Shown: piece by piece, positions 60,941 through 64,000 of the stretch
How the letters are laid out: each line of letters opens with the position of its first letter
How positions within the stretch are numbered: the first letter of the stretch is position 1
Source of the DNA: Eledone cirrhosa
Taxonomy: Eukaryota
DNA: 64,000 nt
Direction: 5' to 3'
Assembly: GCA_964016885.1 (NCBI GenBank)
Contig: OZ024740.1
Location: 261,082,001 to 261,146,000, forward strand
Made by a program: the position numbers and the translations under genes
The notes under the pieces: model-generated
Told to the model about the DNA's origin: nothing
Databases searched by the model: none
The model's input: the letters and a program-made list of their open reading frames with translations, nothing else

Positions 60941-61257
60941 TACCTCTGCTTAAAGGTTTTTTTAAGTGAAGAAAGGTCATGCATTGGGCCATCTCACTTT
61001 CTGAACAACAATAACAGGTATCCCAAAATAAAAACAGGTCAGCATCATTGGCTGCCATTGAGTTGAAGGATTTACATTAGAGATTTCCTTCTCATAGAAT
61101 GATGTCCAAACTAGGACTAGGGGTCTTTCACTCTTGGTAAAAGTGGGCTAACTGTGTACTCAGACACCAAACTGAATATTTCCATGTCCCCACACATATA
61201 ACATGTAAGTAGCTGAGTATTCCTTAAACAAATGTTTGTCTCTGTTTTGTATTTCAG

Positions 61258-61344
61258 ATTATTTGATTCTCAGAACAACAATAAAGGAGGATATAACTCC
61301 CGCTCTCTCTACTATTACACTGGTTCCAAATTAATGGTAGAATG
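61258..61344 (+). CDS. DD3-3: DD3-3-like paralog B, exon 3
   Basis: TTTCAG acceptor; LFDSQNNNKGGYNSRSLYYYTGSKLMVE(W); GTAAGT donor; phase 2-2. Confidence 0.88.
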
Positions 61345-62455
61345 GTAAGTTGTAGAATGGTATGGTAACACTGGTTCTTGTGATGGTAAACTGGATACTA
61401 TATAGATTCAAAACAGATGATAGAATGGTTATTTTAAGAATGGTATGGTAACACTGGTTCTTGTGATGGTAAACTGGGTATCATATAGATTCAAAACAGA
61501 TGGTAGAGTGGTATAGTAAGACTGGTTGATGTGATATTAGACTGATGGTTATTTAGATCCAAACTGATGGTAGAATGGTTAGTTTTAGGGTGGTATAGTA
61601 AGACTGGTTGATGTGATATTAGACTGATGGTTATTTAGATCCAAACGGATGGTAGAATGGTTAGTTTTAGGGTGGTATAGTAAGACTGGTTGATGTGATA
61701 TTAGACTAATGGTTATTTAGATCCAAACTGATGGTAGAATGGTTAGTTTTAGGGTGGTATAGTAAGACTGGTTGATGTGATATTAGACTAATGGTTATTT
61801 AGATCCAAACTGATGGTAGAATGGTTAGTTTTAGGGTGGTATGGTAAGACTGGTTGATGTGATATTAGACTAATGGTTATTTAGATCCAAACTGATGGTA
61901 GAATGGTTAGTTTTAGGGTGGTATAGTAAGACTGGTTGATGTGATATTAGACTGATGGTTATTTAGATCCAAACTGATGGTAGAATGGTTAGTTTTAGGG
62001 TGGTATGGTAAGACTGGTTGATGTGATATTAGACTAATGGTTATTTAGATCCAAACTGATGGTAGAATGGTTGGTTTTAGGGTAGTATAGTAAGACTGGT
62101 TGATGTGATATTAGACTAATGGTTATTTAGATCCAAACTGATGGTAGAATGGTTAGTCTTAGAATGGTATGGTAAGACTGGTTGATGTGATATTAGACTA
62201 ATGGTTATTTAGATCCAAACTGATGGTGGAATGGTAGGTTTTAGAGTGATATACTAATGCTGGTTCTTGTGATGTTAAACTGGTGATTATATAGATTCCA
62301 ATCTCAATCCGGTGGTAAAATATTAAATCTTAGAATGGTATGGTAACATTTGGTTCTTGTGGTGGTAGACTAATGACTATATAGATCCCAAACTGATGGT
62401 AGAGTGGTTAGTTTTAGAGTGATATGGTAACAGTGGTCGATGTGATGGTAGATTA
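61322..62455. repeat. 82-bp minisatellite whose unit includes the exon 3 3' end and splice donor of paralog B
   Basis: Unit contains TCCAAACTGATGGTAGAATG|GTTAGT versus the exon end TCCAAATTAATGGTAGAATG|GTAAGT; period 82 (61561 to 61643). Confidence 0.9.
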
Positions 62456-62790
62456 ATGACAGCTAATGACTGATTCAGTAAAAACTTATAACTCTTCCCT
62501 TTCTCAATTCACCATCTCTTTTATCTCTTTTTGTCACCCTTTCTTTGCTCTCTCTCTCACTCTTCTCTCATCCTCTCTTATCTCTCTTTGTCTATTGACC
62601 TTTCTGTCAATCTGTCTATCTACCTCTCTGTCTGTCTCTCCGTCCATCCATCTAGATATCTATCTATCTTCTGACACATTCAAACAATATCATGAGAATA
62701 AACCCAAAGTGTTAATTAAATATGTAAATATTGTGTTGTTTCACTCACTGGGATCTCATCAGTTATAGCTCCACATATTCTTGTCTGTAG

Positions 62791-62886
62791 GACCAACCAG
62801 CATTCCTGTCAACACCCTAACAACAACTGTAAGCTGATTCTTCAGTACATGTGTCATGATCTCATCAGAGATGGAACTAATGTGAA
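62791..62886 (+). CDS. DD3-3: DD3-3-like paralog B, exon 4
   Basis: TGTAG acceptor; TNQHSCQHPNNNCKLILQYMCHDLIRDGTNV(K); GTAAGT donor. Confidence 0.88.
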
Positions 62887-63248
62887 GTAAGTTAATATTC
62901 ATTATTAATTTTTCAGATTAAATTTTGCTCTTCTATCTCCAACAAAATTCTATTTTAAGTGGTAGCATTCCAGCGACAATTTTCTTTAGATATTATAAAA
63001 TATTAAACATTGCAAAAAAAGAACATTACAAGGAATCCCATGTTATAAAATAAATATGATGGGCTGGGGTCTCAATATGTAAACTAAACAACTAATTCTG
63101 TTTTTTTAATAAAAAAAAAAAAAAAACAAGGGAGACAACCTAGAAAAATTACCGAGTTTCCAAACCCCACCTATTATTGTGATGTTACTATTCAGTGATG
63201 TTACTGACTATTTCAATGTATTGAAGCTTGCTCTGATTCTAATTCTAG

Positions 63249-63387
63249 AACTGTTCCAACTAACACTAAACAATGCAAAGATAAAGATTGTAACCATGAC
63301 TTTCAATATGGGATGCATGAGAATTACACATATTACCTGACATGTGACAGACGACAAAGAAACAAGGGGCTGTTTATTGCTGACCAA
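63249..63387 (+). CDS. DD3-3: DD3-3-like paralog B, exon 5
   Basis: TTCTAG acceptor; TVPTNTKQCKDKDCNHDFQYGMHENYTYYLTCDRRQRNKGLFIADQ; GTAAGT donor; phase 2 to 0. Confidence 0.88.
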
Positions 63388-63644
63388 GTAAGTAGGTATG
63401 ACTGGCAGTGGTGGTCGCAGTGGAGGTGTATGTGGTGGTGATGGGTGTTTAATTGGTGCTAGTGGTGGTGTAAATGGTGGTGGTGGTAGTGGTAGTGTGT
63501 ATATGGTAGTCATGGTGTATGTGGTCATCATAGTCATGGCAGTGGTGGTGTATAGTGTAGTGATTGTGGTGGTGTGTATGTGATGTTGGTGTGGTTGTTT
63601 TGGTGATGCTCTGTAGTTTTTATTTATTTCAGTAAAAACCTTAA

Positions 63645-63839
<195 letters not shown>

Positions 63840-64000
63840 TAATTGGTATATTATACTATGTGGTACCTAACATCATCATCATCATCATCGTTTAATGTCT
63901 ATCTTCCACGATAGCATAGGTTTAGACGGGAATTGTCCCACGTGAGGCAAGATTGGTTGTCTTGCTCGTATAGGACTGCCTGGCAGGTTTTCTACGGCTG

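Noticed and set aside
61322-62455. CRISPR-like periodicity
   Set aside because: Whole units are repeated with no unique spacers; eukaryotic context with no cas genes

Overview
AT-rich, repeat-dense eukaryotic DNA. It is probably from an octopod cephalopod, inferred from the SINE types and repeat landscape rather than proven. Two spliced, divergently oriented DD3-3-like secreted-protein genes sit about 40 kb apart: a minus-strand copy with 2 exons visible (ATG 4090) and a plus-strand copy with 6 exons visible (ATG 44467). The ORF track captures only one of these eight exons. The rest is mobile DNA: a near-full-length RTE LINE with two C2H2 fingers, several Penelope-like elements (RT and GIY-YIG), a degenerate Gypsy LTR element, CRE-like, R4-like and Tx1/L1-like LINE fragments, tRNA-derived SINEs, MITEs, Helitron-like ends and mini/microsatellites. 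The main hidden signal is a dense set of about 20 type I hammerhead-ribozyme-like motifs (CUGANGA..GAAA..NUH with closing stems) in several sequence families. Family-wide non-standard cores include U4C, U4A, U3-A8 and an extra base after A9, and some have very long stem II inserts. They occur in Penelope terminal repeats, in fold-back palindromes inserted at (TA)n, and in a ~593-nt ribozyme-delimited tandem unit that looks like a retrozyme-type non-autonomous element. All folds were paired by eye and no activity is demonstrated.
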